Shown here one piece after another: positions 30,826-44,416 of a stretch of DNA of 64,000 bases; position 1 is the first letter of the stretch, and the number at the start of each line of letters is the position of its first letter. The position numbers and the translations under genes are program-made. Source of the stretch: Eledone cirrhosa (taxonomy: Eukaryota); assembly GCA_964016885.1 (NCBI GenBank), contig OZ024740.1:334242001-334306000 (forward strand), read 5' to 3'. Under the pieces are notes generated by a model. It made no database searches, was not told the origin of the DNA, and worked only from the letters and a program-made list of their open reading frames with translations.

Positions 30826-31140
30826 CGGTCAGCCGTAGCTCGCTCGGTATCCAAATGAGGCTACTCACCAGATGTATCCTTAAGAAAATACTATATATGT
30901 TCAACTGTTCAAAAGATTGGCAAAGGCTACCATCGTGATGAAGAGTAATGACCCAGAAACGTGTTGATTGTTCCTCAATGCCACTGTTGATCAAACTGAC
31001 GATGATTTGTCATCGACACGGCACGGATCTCGGGCCGTTTGGTTACAAACGAATCGAATATTATTATTAATGGTCGATATAAACCTTACGTACATATGTA
31101 TATGTAAATATGTGGGTGTATATATAAGTTGTCTGTATAA

Positions 31141-31186
<46 letters not shown>

Positions 31187-31240
31187 ACGTACGCATACAT
31201 ACACTTATGTGGTGGGGCGAGAAATGAAAGTTTAATTTTA
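30826..31240 (+). mobile_element. Older relative of family C (partial second copy at ~30195-30390)
   Basis: Colinear similarity to 56690-57070; eroded HHR at 30932-30969 (ATC-GTGATGA-agagt aatg accca-GAAA-CGTG-TT-GAT). Confidence 0.5.
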
Positions 31241-31581
31241 TATATATATATATATCAGAGAAAAAAATCTGCTTCGTAGAATAAAGACGTATATGAGGAC
31301 CTTGCGATTTTCAGAGTCAGGTTCGATCATCACATCGATCGTGCCTCGAGCTGGTCGCGAGAGAAACGATTGTAATATGTCCAATAAATTCCATCCGTCG
31401 CAACACTGATTCTCTTTTTTCTGTGATATCTTACTCTGTAATATGAGAGCATCGGATGCTCAAACGGCCTACCTCCAACACCAATTATATATATATACAA
31501 ATAGGAAGTACAGTATAATCGAAGCTCTCTCTTTCTCTCTCTATTTCTCTCTCTCTCTTTCTCTATTACTCTCTCTCTCTC

Positions 31582-31620
<39 letters not shown>

Positions 31621-32276
31621 AGTTGACGGACCCAGCATATTTATCAATGCCAGTACCGGTTGTATCTCAGCGCACTCAATGGGCAATGTATAATACATTA
31701 CCAGAGTATATACATAGTTATTTATATATATATAAGATGAATGCCAAGGCCTTAATATATCATTTTACAAATTTCTTTGACGGACTTTATGTATTTTCAT
31801 ATTTCGTTAAATAAATAATTTTCTCTCAATAGAAAAAATGGAGAATCTAATGATCCTTATTTATTTGTCACATTGAAGTCAAATATTAAATCACCGACAT
31901 GAAAACATGTAACCGGTCATGATACCAGTGATTGACAATAGAGACAACGAGTCTGGGGATATATTTCTTTAGACATTGTAAACAATCATTTGGGTGATCA
32001 GCAATGAAATATAAATAATTTGGTAGAAACAAAATTCTCTGTACACTGCAGGAAAAATATAACCTTTCGCTACATAAAACAAACCTTAGCTAAGTTGCTG
32101 CAACACGGGATTGATGTATATGCAATCAAACTGAAAGTTCACATAGAAAAATATATAACAAAACAATATTACAATTTAGGATCTAAATAGACAACGAGAA
32201 TAACTTAGCAAACGATATTATTATATTGAAAATAGAAAAGAAATATTTTATTGTTTTCCGTAGAGCTAGATTTAAG

Positions 32277-32353
<77 letters not shown>

Positions 32354-32927
32354 ATATATATATATATATGAAAAGTGTAATTTACTACACAAAACGAAGG
32401 TTATAGAGAAAATTGAGGTTGGTAATGGCACATGGAATATATAAGAGACAGAATAATTTTTTGTGAAAAAACATATAATTTTATAAGGTAAGGAAATAAT
32501 AAAGGGTATAAAAAATGACCGGTTTCGATGGGTCTGCAAAAGCCATCTTTTCAAATGTTGATTAATATTAAGAAAAATTAATAATAAGAAGAGTTAAAAT
32601 TTGAGATTTGAAAATTCAAGTATAAAATTCATTGTGGGATTTCACAGTAGTTTTCATCTTGGTAGCAGCTCGTTGACTGCTGGGTGCCTTTCTGGTAGTG
32701 AATGAGAAGTTATTTGGGGTGTGGGTTATTTTATAAAGGTCAAATTTAGCAATGGCCAGATGGCCAGCTGCTGGTCAGTGAGGGGGTGGAAGCAATATAC
32801 ATACATATATTTCCTGTGGTAGGTAGGAGAGGGGAGATTGATAGAAAGGGATTTAGTGCACTTACATCTATATATACACACATACCTTCATCCACACATA
32901 CATACATATACATATACATACACATAT

Positions 32928-32982
<55 letters not shown>

Positions 32983-33593
32983 CACACGTACATACACACA
33001 CACATACATATATATACACACACACATACACACACACATATATGCACATACATACACATATATATATATATATGTGTGTACATACACATATATACACACA
33101 TATACATACACATATATACACACACACACACACACCCATACATACAAACACACACATATATATACATACACACATACAAACACACACACACACATATATA
33201 TACACATACATACACCCACACACAGAGAAATGGCCTCCAAATATATATATATACATACATACACATATATTGTTTCCATAATATAAGAAGTTAGGACAGT
33301 GAAATTAAAATACAAGTCATTCTGATCACATTGAGTTCTTCATGTAGATTGGGCCCCGCAACCGACAGTGGTGAATTCTGTGTGCGCATATATATATAGA
33401 TATATGTGTGTGCACGTGCAGGGTTTAACATGGATGTGTTGGTCACACAAAGGCATGGTCTGTCAACAAATAAACCTGATTCTACAGAATTGGTCTCTGG
33501 TCTTTAATAGTAGTGATAATTATATACATGCACACATACAAACACATATATCTGTCACTCCGTGCGTATGTGTGTTTATATTTTATGCCAATT

Positions 33594-36540
33594 CTATTGG
33601 GGTGATAACCCGTTTAGTTTTGGTTTAAATGTGTTAAGGAATAGATTTTCTTTGTTTATTCTTTGTTGCTGTGTGAACGAATCTGAGCACTTGTAGAAGG
33701 GGAAGATTTTAAAGTTGGGTAGTGTCATTCCTGCGCAGTTCGCAATATGGCTGCTCAAGGGGATTTTTCTTGTGCTAGCTTCCCGGATTTGTTGGCGGTG
33801 GATGGTCATTCTTTTGCGTAATGTATATTGCCCGTCTGTCCTATGTAGTTGTGTTTGCACCCACCGCAAGTTATTGCGTAAATCAAGTTCTCCGAGTTGC
33901 AGGTGAAATTGTTTTTTACTGTAAATGTTTGGCCATCTTTAAATGTAAATTTGTGTCCTTCAGTGAGGTAGAGGCACGTTCCACAGTTTGTTCTACCACA
34001 TTTGGTAACTGTAGGGTTGAGGATTGGTTTGGGTATATTTGGTCCAGTGAGAATGCGTTTTAGTGATTTGGGTTGTCTTTTACTTTTAAGGATCTTGTGT
34101 GTTTCAAGAATAGACTTCATTTTTACATCTTTAAGTAGGATGGGGAGGTTTTTGTGTAGGTGATCAAACATTTCGGTATTTCTGGGGTTGAAAGTGGATA
34201 CATATGGCAGGGTGTTGAGTGTGGTTTTCTGTTTTGGATTGTTAAGTTGATGGGGATTTAGGTGTGTTGCCCTGTCTATTCCATTGTTGATTATTTCAAG
34301 TGGAAAGGCTCTTAAGATAAGGGTGTCTTTTAGTTCCTTTAGTCTTTGCTCCCGTTTAGGTGGATCCGATACTATGGTACATATACGTTTGGCCAAATTG
34401 TAAGGAATGTTAAGTTTTGTATGTTTTGGGTGACTTGATGTGAAAAAGAAGTATTGCTTGGAATCTGTGGGTTTATAGAATATATCTGTATCTAATTTCC
34501 CGTCTATTACAGAGATGAGAATATCCAAGAAGGCTAATTCCCTGGGATTGGATTCCATTGTGAATTGTATGTTATTATCTATGTTGTTTATCATGTTTTT
34601 AAACATAGTGAGTTCATGTCTTCTTGCCATAGGATAAAGCAGTCGTCTAGATATCTTTTCCAATTGGCTTTGAGGTGTGTGTGGAAAGAGTCTCCAAATA
34701 AAAGAAGGGACTGACTGTATATTTGTTGTTCATGGAATCCCATGACTAGGTTGGCATATGTGTGTGCTACTTTCGTGCCCATTGCCGTACCTGATACTTG
34801 TCTGTATGTTGAACCATTGAATGTGAAGTAGTTATTTTGTAAGATAAAGCGGAGTCCGTCAGTGATAAAATCTTTGTTGATGCGTGTCGGTATTTCTGAT
34901 GGGTGTGTGTTAAGCCAGTATTGGACTGCTGTTAGTCCATAGTTGTGGGGTATGTTTGTGTAGAGGTTTATTACGTCAAAGGAGACAAGAATTGTATTTG
35001 CACTTACTGTTTTAGGGAGGTGTTTCAGCATGTCAAGGTCATCTCGTATGTAGCTCTGTATATGTTGTAGAAAGGGTTTCAGTAGGATGTCCAGAAAGTT
35101 GCTAAGTCTGTGGGTTTCACATGTAGGGCCTGCTATAATTGGCCCGAGTTTTAAGTCTTCTGGTGGTGTTAGTTCAATGTAATTGTTGGTTGAGGTGTCA
35201 CATGCATCGTTTATGGGTTTACATTTGTGGAGTTTCGGTAAGCCGTAAAAAGAGCTTGTATTGCATTTGAAGTGGCTTATATAGTTAAACTCTTTTGTGG
35301 TTAAGCTGTTGCGGTATTTATTCAGTAAGGTCAAAAGGTTCCCCATTGTTTTGGTGTGTTTGTAGTTTTCTGTTTTTTCATAGTATGTGTTGTTTTCTAA
35401 AATGTTAAGTGCGAGGGTCCTATAGTAGTCCGTATTCATAATGACAACAGTACTGCCTTTATCGGCTTCTTTGATAGTTATCTCAGGGTTCTTTCTAAGT
35501 GTGAATAATTCTTCCCATTCGTGTGTAGATAGGTTTGATTTCGTGTGTTTATTTGTAATTTTTTCATAGGGAAAGTTGGTGATGTGTTCGCAGTACGTGT
35601 CCAGTGCTTTATTTCTTCCCTTTTGTGGGCAGAAATTGCTTTTATTTCTAACCAGTGATTCGTCTTCAGTGTTGGTGTCGTTGTGGAAGAATTCCGTTAG
35701 TCGCAGCTTTCGGCAGTATTCCATGATGTTATCCTTCATTTCGGAGAAGTTTGGTTTACGTGGTGTAGGTGTAAATTTCAGGCCCTTACTTAAAATGTTG
35801 ATTTGTGTGTTGGTTAGAGGTGTCTTTGAGAGGTTGATTATTTTTGGTTTCTCCTCAGGGGGGGGGGGAATATCCTGGTATTTCATGCTTTTCCCTAAAA
35901 AAGGAATGTAGTTTTGTGTGTGATTATATTTTGTTGGTCTGTTGCGTGTGGGTCTGTAGTTTGTTGTTTCATGAGGGTGAATGTGATGGTGGGGGTGGTA
36001 TGTGTTGTGGTTGTTGATGAGCAAGGGTTCTGTTGTTGGTTCATGTGGTCTGGGTGCGTTATTTCTGTGGTACAGAGTGTTGAGGTTGGGGGGTTGTCTT
36101 TTGTTGGATTGAGGGTGATGTCTGGTGTGGTTGTGGGTAAGTTCTGTTGTGATTTCAAGTGGTCTGGGTGGATTTCTTCTGAGGAATGTGGTGTGTGTGT
36201 TGTGAGTTGGATCTATGTTATTTCGTCGTTGGTTTATGTAGGGGGCATTTCTACGGAAACCTGTGTTGTGGTGGTTGGGTGTGTTTCTTTTGGTGTAGTT
36301 GGCCGTATTTGGTTTGTGTTGGTGGGGTATGTGCCTGTGTTTAGTGTGTGTTGGGTTTGGTGGTGTAAATGTGTCTGTTGTAGTTCTTGTTATGTTCAAA
36401 TGCTTTATAAAGGGGTTACCTGTTTGGTGCGTCCTTTTAAAGTCTTCTTCATATTTGAGGAACCAGTTTTCGGATTTTTCACACCGTTTAAGGGAAATAA
36501 TTTCTGCATTCTCGCAGTCCTGTTTCCACGATTTGATTAT
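33594..36540 (-). pseudogene. PLE2 ORF1 remnant + RT + GIY-YIG (two frameshifts)
   Basis: GLKFTPTP, IKEADKGS, FYGLPKLHK, FDVINLYTNI, QVSGTAMGT, RYLDD (602-aa ORF); LAFLD, FYKPTD, CGRTNCGTC, NLIYAITCGGCKHNYIGQT (285-aa ORF); LRKRMTIH..KENLFL..PKLN (91-aa ORF). Confidence 0.92.
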
Positions 36541-36852
36541 ATAGGTGTAAGTGCACTAAATCCATTTCTATCAATCTCCCCTCTCCTACCTACCACAGGA
36601 AATATATGTATGTATATTGCTTCCACCCCCTCACTGACCAGCAGCTGGCCATCTGGCCATTGCTAAATTTGACCTTTATAAAATAACCCACACCCCAAAT
36701 AACTTCTCATTCACTACCAGAAAGGCACCCAGCAGTCAACGAGCTGCTACCAAGATGAAAACTACTGTGAAATCCCACAATGAATTTTATACTTGAATTT
36801 TCAAATCTCAAATTTTAACTCTTCTTATTATTAATTTTTCTTAATATTAATC

Positions 36853-36900
36853 AACATTTGAAAAGATGGCTTTTGCAGACCCATCGAAACCGGTCATTTT
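36853..36900 (+). ncRNA. Minimal hammerhead, U3-A8 variant; ORF-sense copy at 32512-32559 (-)
   Basis: aacAT-TTGAAAA-GATGG(cttttgcagac)CCATC-GAAA-CCGG-TC-ATttt; GUC triplet, ACCGGT stem III, weak stem I. Confidence 0.62.
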
Positions 36901-37058
36901 TTATACCCTTTATTATTTCCTTACCTTATAAAATTATATGTTTTTTCACAAAAAATTATTCTGTCTCTTATATATTCCATGTGCCATTACCAACCTCAAT
37001 TTTCTCTATAACCTTCGTTTTGTGTAGTAAATTACACTTTTCATATATATATATATAT

Positions 37059-37149
<91 letters not shown>

Positions 37150-37443
37150 CTTAAATCTAGCTCTACGGAAAACAATAAAATATTTCTTTTCTATTTTCAA
37201 TATAATAATATCGTTTGCTAAGTTATTCTCGTTGTCTATTTAGATCCTAAATTGTAATATTGTTTTGTTATATATTTTTCTATGTGAACTTTCAGTTTGA
37301 TTGCATATACATCAATCCCGTGTTGCAGCAACTTAGCTAAGGTTTGTTTTATGTAGCGAAAGGTTATATTTTTCCTGCAGTGTACAGAGAATTTTGTTTC
37401 TACCAAATTATTTATATTTCATTGCTGATCAAATATATAGGTT

Positions 37444-37507
37444 AATTATAAAATTAACTTACTTACTAAAATAGTGATATTTTAGTAAGTAAGTTAATTT
37501 TATAATT
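37444..37507. repeat. Perfect 30-bp-stem palindrome (4-nt loop)
   Basis: aattataaaattaacttacttactaaaata-gtga-tattttagtaagtaagttaattttataatt. Confidence 0.9.
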
Positions 37508-38524
37508 TTCTTATTTTACGTCTCTTATATTATTGTTCTGCAACCCCATGCATTGAACCACAACGTTATTAAGACAAAACCTATATATTTGCTAGCATCG
37601 ATATGCATTTGTATGTATATATATGTTACTAGATATGAATTCTTTATTATTATCTCCAAATCTTTTGTCGAGCAATACTGGCCATGACTGCTGCTACTGT
37701 AGTAGGCTAGCCGCTGTCTTATAAACAACCCACTTTCCACCGATTGACCTCGATGTCACGTGTTCGATTCTTTTTGAATTTGCCACGGACACAGAGGCAG
37801 TGATTTTCTCAATGGCTAGGAATTAAGTCCACGCTTTGCTATTTCCTATTCACTGATTTATTTTTTAATAAGCTTCCAGTGTCCTCGCTTTGCCTGGAAA
37901 CTTATATGAGAATTGACTTTCCTGATGACGGGATGTTTCTCAACACCTTCTTCGATATGTATATATATGTTAGTAGATATGAATTCTTTATTATATATAT
38001 ATATATACATACGTGTGAGGGATCTGTGTGTATATGTGCACATATGGCTGCGTATGTACATGTGTATGTGTGTAGGTATTGGCACCTGTGTACAGATCTA
38101 TCTTTTATATGTGTGCACCGATATATACATATAGCATTGCCTGAATGATAATACCTATATGTATATGTGTATGGGCGCACTTCCATATATTTGTGTCGAG
38201 GTGATTAGGATCACACAGTGTGAGTGTGCGTGGGCGAGAGAAACCCTGTTATCTAACTAGCCTACCATTATTAATACTATTACACTTACTGTTAGTACTA
38301 TTATTATTAATATTATTATACCTCACTATATTTCAGTACTTTATTTTTTTCCTTTCAAATTGTTCTCCCCTAGTAAAGGTTTCTCCCGCTGTGTGTATAT
38401 ATATGATCATACTCCATGTGGTCAATTGTAATAGTGTTATTACCTCTAGTTAATTATACCTATACTCATATCTAACACAATTATCACCTTATAACTTCGC
38501 CACATTACATTTTTACGTTACATT

Positions 38525-38929
38525 GCGGTGGATTGGCAGTATCGGTAGAGCATCAGACACCATACTTCGCAGTATAGAGTTATGATGGCCATTTACGTTC
38601 ATAGTTCAAATCCCACCGACGTTAACTTTGCCTTTCATCCTTATGGAATCGATGAAATTAAGCACCAGTAATGCACTGAGGTCATTGCTGGCCTTGTGCC
38701 AAAAGTAGAAACAATTATATATTTATTTCAGGTCTTATTAATGATGGATTGGCAGTATCGGTAGAGGGTCGGACGCCATGCTTTACAGCACAGTTACGTC
38801 CCTTTACGGACTGAGTTCAAATCCTGCCGAGGTTAACTTTGCTTTCATCCTTACGGGGTCGATAAAATAAAGTACCAGTAATACACTGAAATAATTGCTG
38901 GCCTTGTGCCAAAAGTAGAAACAATTATT
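38525..38929 (+). mobile_element. Two tandem tRNA-derived SINEs (family S1)
   Basis: Copies 38525-38718 and 38745-38929: box A TGGCAGTATCGG, box B GTTCAAATCC, core aactttgcctttcatccttacggggtcgataaaataaagtaccag, tail ggccttgtgccaaaagtagaaacaattatt. Confidence 0.85.
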
Positions 38930-39504
38930 GATACAACGTTTTACATATATTTTATATAACACTTTATACATTTAACTAACCCCACCTTATTTATTAATTT
39001 GTTTACTCATTTCCTTGCCAGCATTTAACTTCTATTTGTTATCTTTTTATCTTCTACTTACCCGCATATTCTTAACCTTATCGTTATTCTCTACCGCCTC
39101 AATGACACAGAATTACTGTTTTCATTCGCCCCTGTCACACTCCCACTTCCTCTGCTTCGCTATCACATCTCATCACCCTTAAATTTTACCCCTACACCCT
39201 CATATGACCACATAAGCGCGAAGCTGTCTAATTATAAATCATCACATCTTCTCTGCTTCAACCACTAGATGTACCCAACCCGTTTCTTGTTTCTAATTTT
39301 CTCCCTCCCCTCCCACTCATCCTCACCCATTTTTTCCTCTCAAAATAACCAATCAAAACAAGCTAAAATTGACCACCATAAATAAGAATAGTTAAATTTT
39401 TTTTTTATCACTGTACAGGAATCATTCCGTTATTGCGCTAAAGATCGAACATTGAACTGATCACACCTTAATAAACGTAATGGAAATTTGACACCTAGCC
39501 CATG

Positions 39505-39643
39505 CTTGGCAGTAGCAGTAGAGCGTAAGATACCCTCCTTATATAGAGTTTTGGCAATTTACGTTCTGAGTTCAAATAACACCGGTTAGCTTTGCCTTTT
39601 ATCCTTACGTGATCGATAAAATAAACCACCAGTACTGCACTAG

Positions 39644-39698
<55 letters not shown>

Positions 39699-39712
39699 CA
39701 AGTGTCAGATAA

Positions 39713-39794
<82 letters not shown>

Positions 39795-40057
39795 GGTAGA
39801 TAGATAGATTGAGAGAGATCGATAGTTAGAAAGATAGGTAGACAGATAAATAGATAGATGGAAAGATATGTATGTACAGAGAGGAAGAGGGAGAGAGACG
39901 GAGAAGCGGACAGCATGTGTGAGTGGTATTTATTAGCTCTTTTGGGATTGAATGTACGCGCAAACATGCGTTGCTTTCTTAAATAATTGTTTCTACTTTT
40001 GGTACAAGGCCAGTAATTAATCCAGTGTATTACTGGTACTTTATGTTATCGACCCCA
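39505..40057. mobile_element. Degenerate S1 SINE (39505-39640 +) and S1 3' fragment (39984-40057 -)
   Basis: gagttcaaat..ctttgccttttatccttacgtgatcgataaaataaa; ttgtttctacttttggtacaaggccag. Confidence 0.7.
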
Positions 40058-40283
40058 ATAATGTTATACAAATATATAAAAATATTTTCCTCTTATATAC
40101 ATTTGTTAGTCTATGATGGCTTTTATTGTTATAAAGTCTAGAATCCTCAGAATATCTATTAGAAAGATAGTACAAAAAGAGTGTATGACTTTACAATATT
40201 ATAACTGGCGTATTTACTTTATATGATGTACTTGAATTGTTTAGTATAAATACAGAGGTAAAAATCTGACTGTATGTATACAC

Positions 40284-40380
<97 letters not shown>

Positions 40381-41378
40381 CGTTTATATTATTTTGTTTA
40401 TAATTTTGTGATTATTCGATGACAAATAGTATTCTCATTCAAAGATATTTGCCTCCCCTTCAGGCAAATCCATGATTAGTCATTATGATTACTAGTCCAA
40501 AAATTTCTTCTGTAGTTGCAACTAGAATATACTCTACATCATTTTAGGTACTGATTTTCAATAAATTCCATTATGTGTAGATACACAACACGCATACATA
40601 CATACTGGCGCGAACACACTCACACACACACAGACACGTGTGAGTGTGTGTGTGTTTGTATTGTAGTACTTTGCACAGTTATACAAAGATAATGTAAAAA
40701 AATGCTATATTTTCCCATTTTCACGCTACATCGATTAACGTTTTTTTTACTACACTTATAACTTTTTTCTTCTATGAAATTCAATGATTGTGCTGCCCTG
40801 CTAGTGTCTGCACAAAGCTTCTGGAATAGACATAAACAGTATAAAAAATTTAGATGAAGAATAAAACATACCCCCTCTAACTCTAATTCCATCTTCTCTT
40901 ACAATCACTATGCAAATATAATGAACATATGCATATATGTATACTTACGTTTATTGGAGTGTGTTTCACCAGTCAGGCGTGTGTATGTCTGTAAGCATGT
41001 ACCTGTGTATTTCCATTGTATTTGTAACTGTTCTCTTATAATTATGTGATATTGCTGCACACACGCTGATAGTGAATAAAAACTATATTCTCAATTATTT
41101 CTTTGTACAATGAAAACATCATTAGTTTCGGTTTAATAACTAAGATACATATATGGAACAGTATTATTTCCTTTATACAATAGTTGAAACCGGGTAAATT
41201 TCAGAAACATAGATTTCTAAACATTACACGTGTTTCAACAAAAAATGAATATCGTGGTATATTTATAATTTGACGACTCGTAAAAATTAATAAAAAACTA
41301 TACCAAAAGTAGGTGTTGCATATTTTAAGATTATGAATCTATTTAGCAATTATAGAAATCTAAAAATCCTAACGATTC

Positions 41379-41450
<72 letters not shown>

Positions 41451-41559
41451 TCGAAGCTTTCGCCGTATTTTTGACTAAATAAATTTTAGCCTGTTAGTGG
41501 GGTTAAAAACGCTCTATAAAATGGAAAAAATGATTATTCAACGGCTACCCAATAAAGTT

Positions 41560-41870
41560 TTTTTTTTTTTCGTGGAGCGAGTGACTCCTAGTCTTCATTA
41601 AGACATCTCTCTTGGAGAAGGTCACTCTGATATAAAACCTGTGACATCGTTTGCATCCAATGATGTAGACCAGTTGTTCTTTTGGGGCAAATGCCTTTCC
41701 TACTTAAAGAATCCTGAAGCATAGGCATCGCTTGATATGTGATATCTTTTTTCGATGCATGGTATTGCTGGCAATAGGCAACTCCCTAGCAGGACTAAAA
41801 AGCCACGTCCGTGATACTCATGCTTGAGTCTCAAGCGATGGCATACACGAAATCGAGTTGCAGCCATCAT
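41560..41870 (+). mobile_element. Diverged relative of the RTE-derived non-autonomous element
   Basis: ggagaaggtcactctgatataaaacctg..catccaatgatgtagac..gcaggactaaaaagccac..cgaaatcgagttgcagccatcat parallels the 15545-16153 family. Confidence 0.6.
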
Positions 41871-41914
41871 TTGAAAGTAAATGGCCTTACTTTCATTATT
41901 ATTCTATATCCTTA

Positions 41915-42395
41915 GGGCGGTGAATTGGCAGTATTGGTAGAAAGTCGGACATCATGTTTTTGCATAGAGTTACGTCCCTTTATCATCTGAGTTCAAATCA
42001 CGCCGAGGTTAACTTTGCCTTTCATCCTTACGGGGTCGATAACATAAAGTACCAGTAATACACTGGGATAATTGCTGGCCTTGTGCCAAAAGTAGAAACA
42101 ATTATTATTCTATATCCTTAAACGTATTAAGAATATTCTAAAACTGCACATGCTGCAAATACCATTGAGATGATATTTAGAAAATGTAATTATCTATTTA
42201 TTATTGGTGGATTGGTAGTATCGGTAGAGGGTTGGACACCATGCTTTGACGCATAGAATTACGGCCCTTCCAATTCTGAGTTCAAATCCCGCCGAGGCTA
42301 ACTTTGCCTTTCATCCTTACGGGGTCGATAAAATAAAGTACCAGTAATACACTGGGTAATTGCTGGCCTTGTGCCAAAAATAGAAACAATTATTA
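41915..42395 (+). mobile_element. Two S1 SINEs; first with 20-bp target-site duplication
   Basis: 41915-42100 flanked by attattattctatatcctta (41895-41914 and 42101-42120); second copy 42207-42395. Confidence 0.88.
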
Positions 42396-43232
42396 TTTAT
42401 TTAGCATTTTACAAATTTCAAATTAGACCGTCTTGTTGAACATTTGGATGCACCCTTTCCATGTGAATCCATACTGTTTATATCTTATAATCATGTTCGT
42501 ATGATGGAGCATAACATCATGCTTTTCATATTGACAGACAAATATTCAAGTTCACCGATTTTATTTTGTTTATTCTTCTTGGGACTTCAATATTTTCTCT
42601 TGGTTTCCATCCACTTTTCTTCATATTGTTATTACAATGTTATATTTTACTGTCTATACCTTTGTTTTATCGCCTCCTCCAGTGAACTTCATAAAAGAAA
42701 TAGACCAAATGGGCACACAATAAACGACTGACATATTCGTTCATCTAGTTGGAACTCATAAAGAAAAACACACTCACAAATGTACGAGCAGGCAGCAAGT
42801 CACAACAATGGAATTCATCCTGTTATTTCTGTCTATCATGTTCTCTAGGGAAGAGGCCATTGACAAGTTATTTATATATCAATATTGATTCCCTTTCAAT
42901 GCAGCATTTCCCGTTAACATATACGTTAAAATATACAGAATATCCACATCATGAAAACAGCATGAATAAATAAATAACTATAGAAGGAATTTGCTATACG
43001 AATCGAAACAGATCTTTATGCTGCCAAGTAGCATCTTTTATGATAGTGAATATTTTTTATTTTATTTTATATATTTATATTTTTTATTAAATATATATAC
43101 GAAATAAAATGTACATTGGAAGAGATAGTTTGAAGTCTAGTGCATGAGCCTGCCTAAATATGAATTGGCTTTAACAAGATGTAATGTAATTACATGTGAC
43201 TGATAATTATGCTTTTATGCATATTATGCCTT

Positions 43233-43281
<49 letters not shown>

Positions 43282-43824
43282 CGACTGAGCATATACATAT
43301 TTACTGTTTCACGGGGTATACCTTTCGACATTTAGCCAATAATGTTAACGCACCAGTAATTTATCAACATTGGGTATTATGATTAAACAAACAAGACCAT
43401 GCAATAAAGTGTTTTTTTTTAAATAAATTCTGAACGTCAAGAATATCAGACGATTGTTTTAAATATAATTATATATTTTGGGGATATTTCCATAATATTT
43501 TGATTTAAACTACTTTCTGATATTTCAAAATCTGATCACCCTAACATGTGTATTAACTCATGCTGGGTTTAAACAGATTACCGACATTTCTAAACTAATT
43601 CGCTAACACTGCAACTGATATTCCACCTCCATACACACGCACACATATCTTTCATGACTCATACACTGTTTACTTTCCTGACATTTGAACATTATTCTAT
43701 GTAATTTACATGCACCTTTGATGAGTTGTAGTGCACCTGGGTACTGTAAGCAATAATTTCATTATTAAAATTATTAGTTTGAAATTTTCAATTACTCTGA
43801 TAAATACATTTATAAATGTTTTTA

Positions 43825-44019
43825 ATTTTGGTACATGGTCAGTAATCGATTAGATCGCCCCCCCCCCCCTCCGTTTCTAGTGTATTATTTCATCTATCCC
43901 GTAAGGATGAAAGGCAAAGCTAACCTCGGCGGGATTTGAATTAAGATAATAAAAAAACAGAACAATATGCCCTAAATATGGTGACCTTTGCACTAACGAT
44001 TATGCCAATACACCGCCCT
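43825..44019 (-). mobile_element. Degenerate S1 SINE
   Basis: cccgtaaggatgaaaggcaaagctaacctcggcgggatttgaa..tgccaatacaccgccc is the reverse complement of the S1 head/core. Confidence 0.75.
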
Positions 44020-44291
44020 ACATACTATAATAAAGGCGTTCTACCAATACTGAAATTCTACAGCCCTAAAAAACAATAATTATAGTTATTTGCTTTTTTG
44101 TAACAATTGTTTGAAGGAAACTTGTCGACAATGTCTGTCGAAAAAGTATCAACATTATCACATTGTTTATAATCATCTAGCCTGTGAGTGTTTATATTAC
44201 CTCCGCATAGTCGAAATATTTTGAATTTATGATTTCGCAGTGTAGGTTTTAGTTGTATGGCAAGCAAGTTATTAGGAGTAATATCATTACG

Positions 44292-44350
<59 letters not shown>

Positions 44351-44416
44351 GATATTCACACACGCATGCATACACACACATACACACACACACACACACA
44401 TATGTATATATATATT

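Larger units (their letters stand above)
31995..37431 (-). mobile_element. Penelope-like element PLE2 (Neptune-like), 5'-truncated, bracketed by ~880-bp near-identical inverted repeats
   Basis: 31995-32874 is the reverse complement of 36538-37431; coding region 36540 to 33594 on the minus strand. Confidence 0.9.

Noticed and set aside
35576-36666. Plus-strand Val/Cys-rich ORFs
   Set aside because: Antisense shadows of the A/C-rich PLE2 coding strand.
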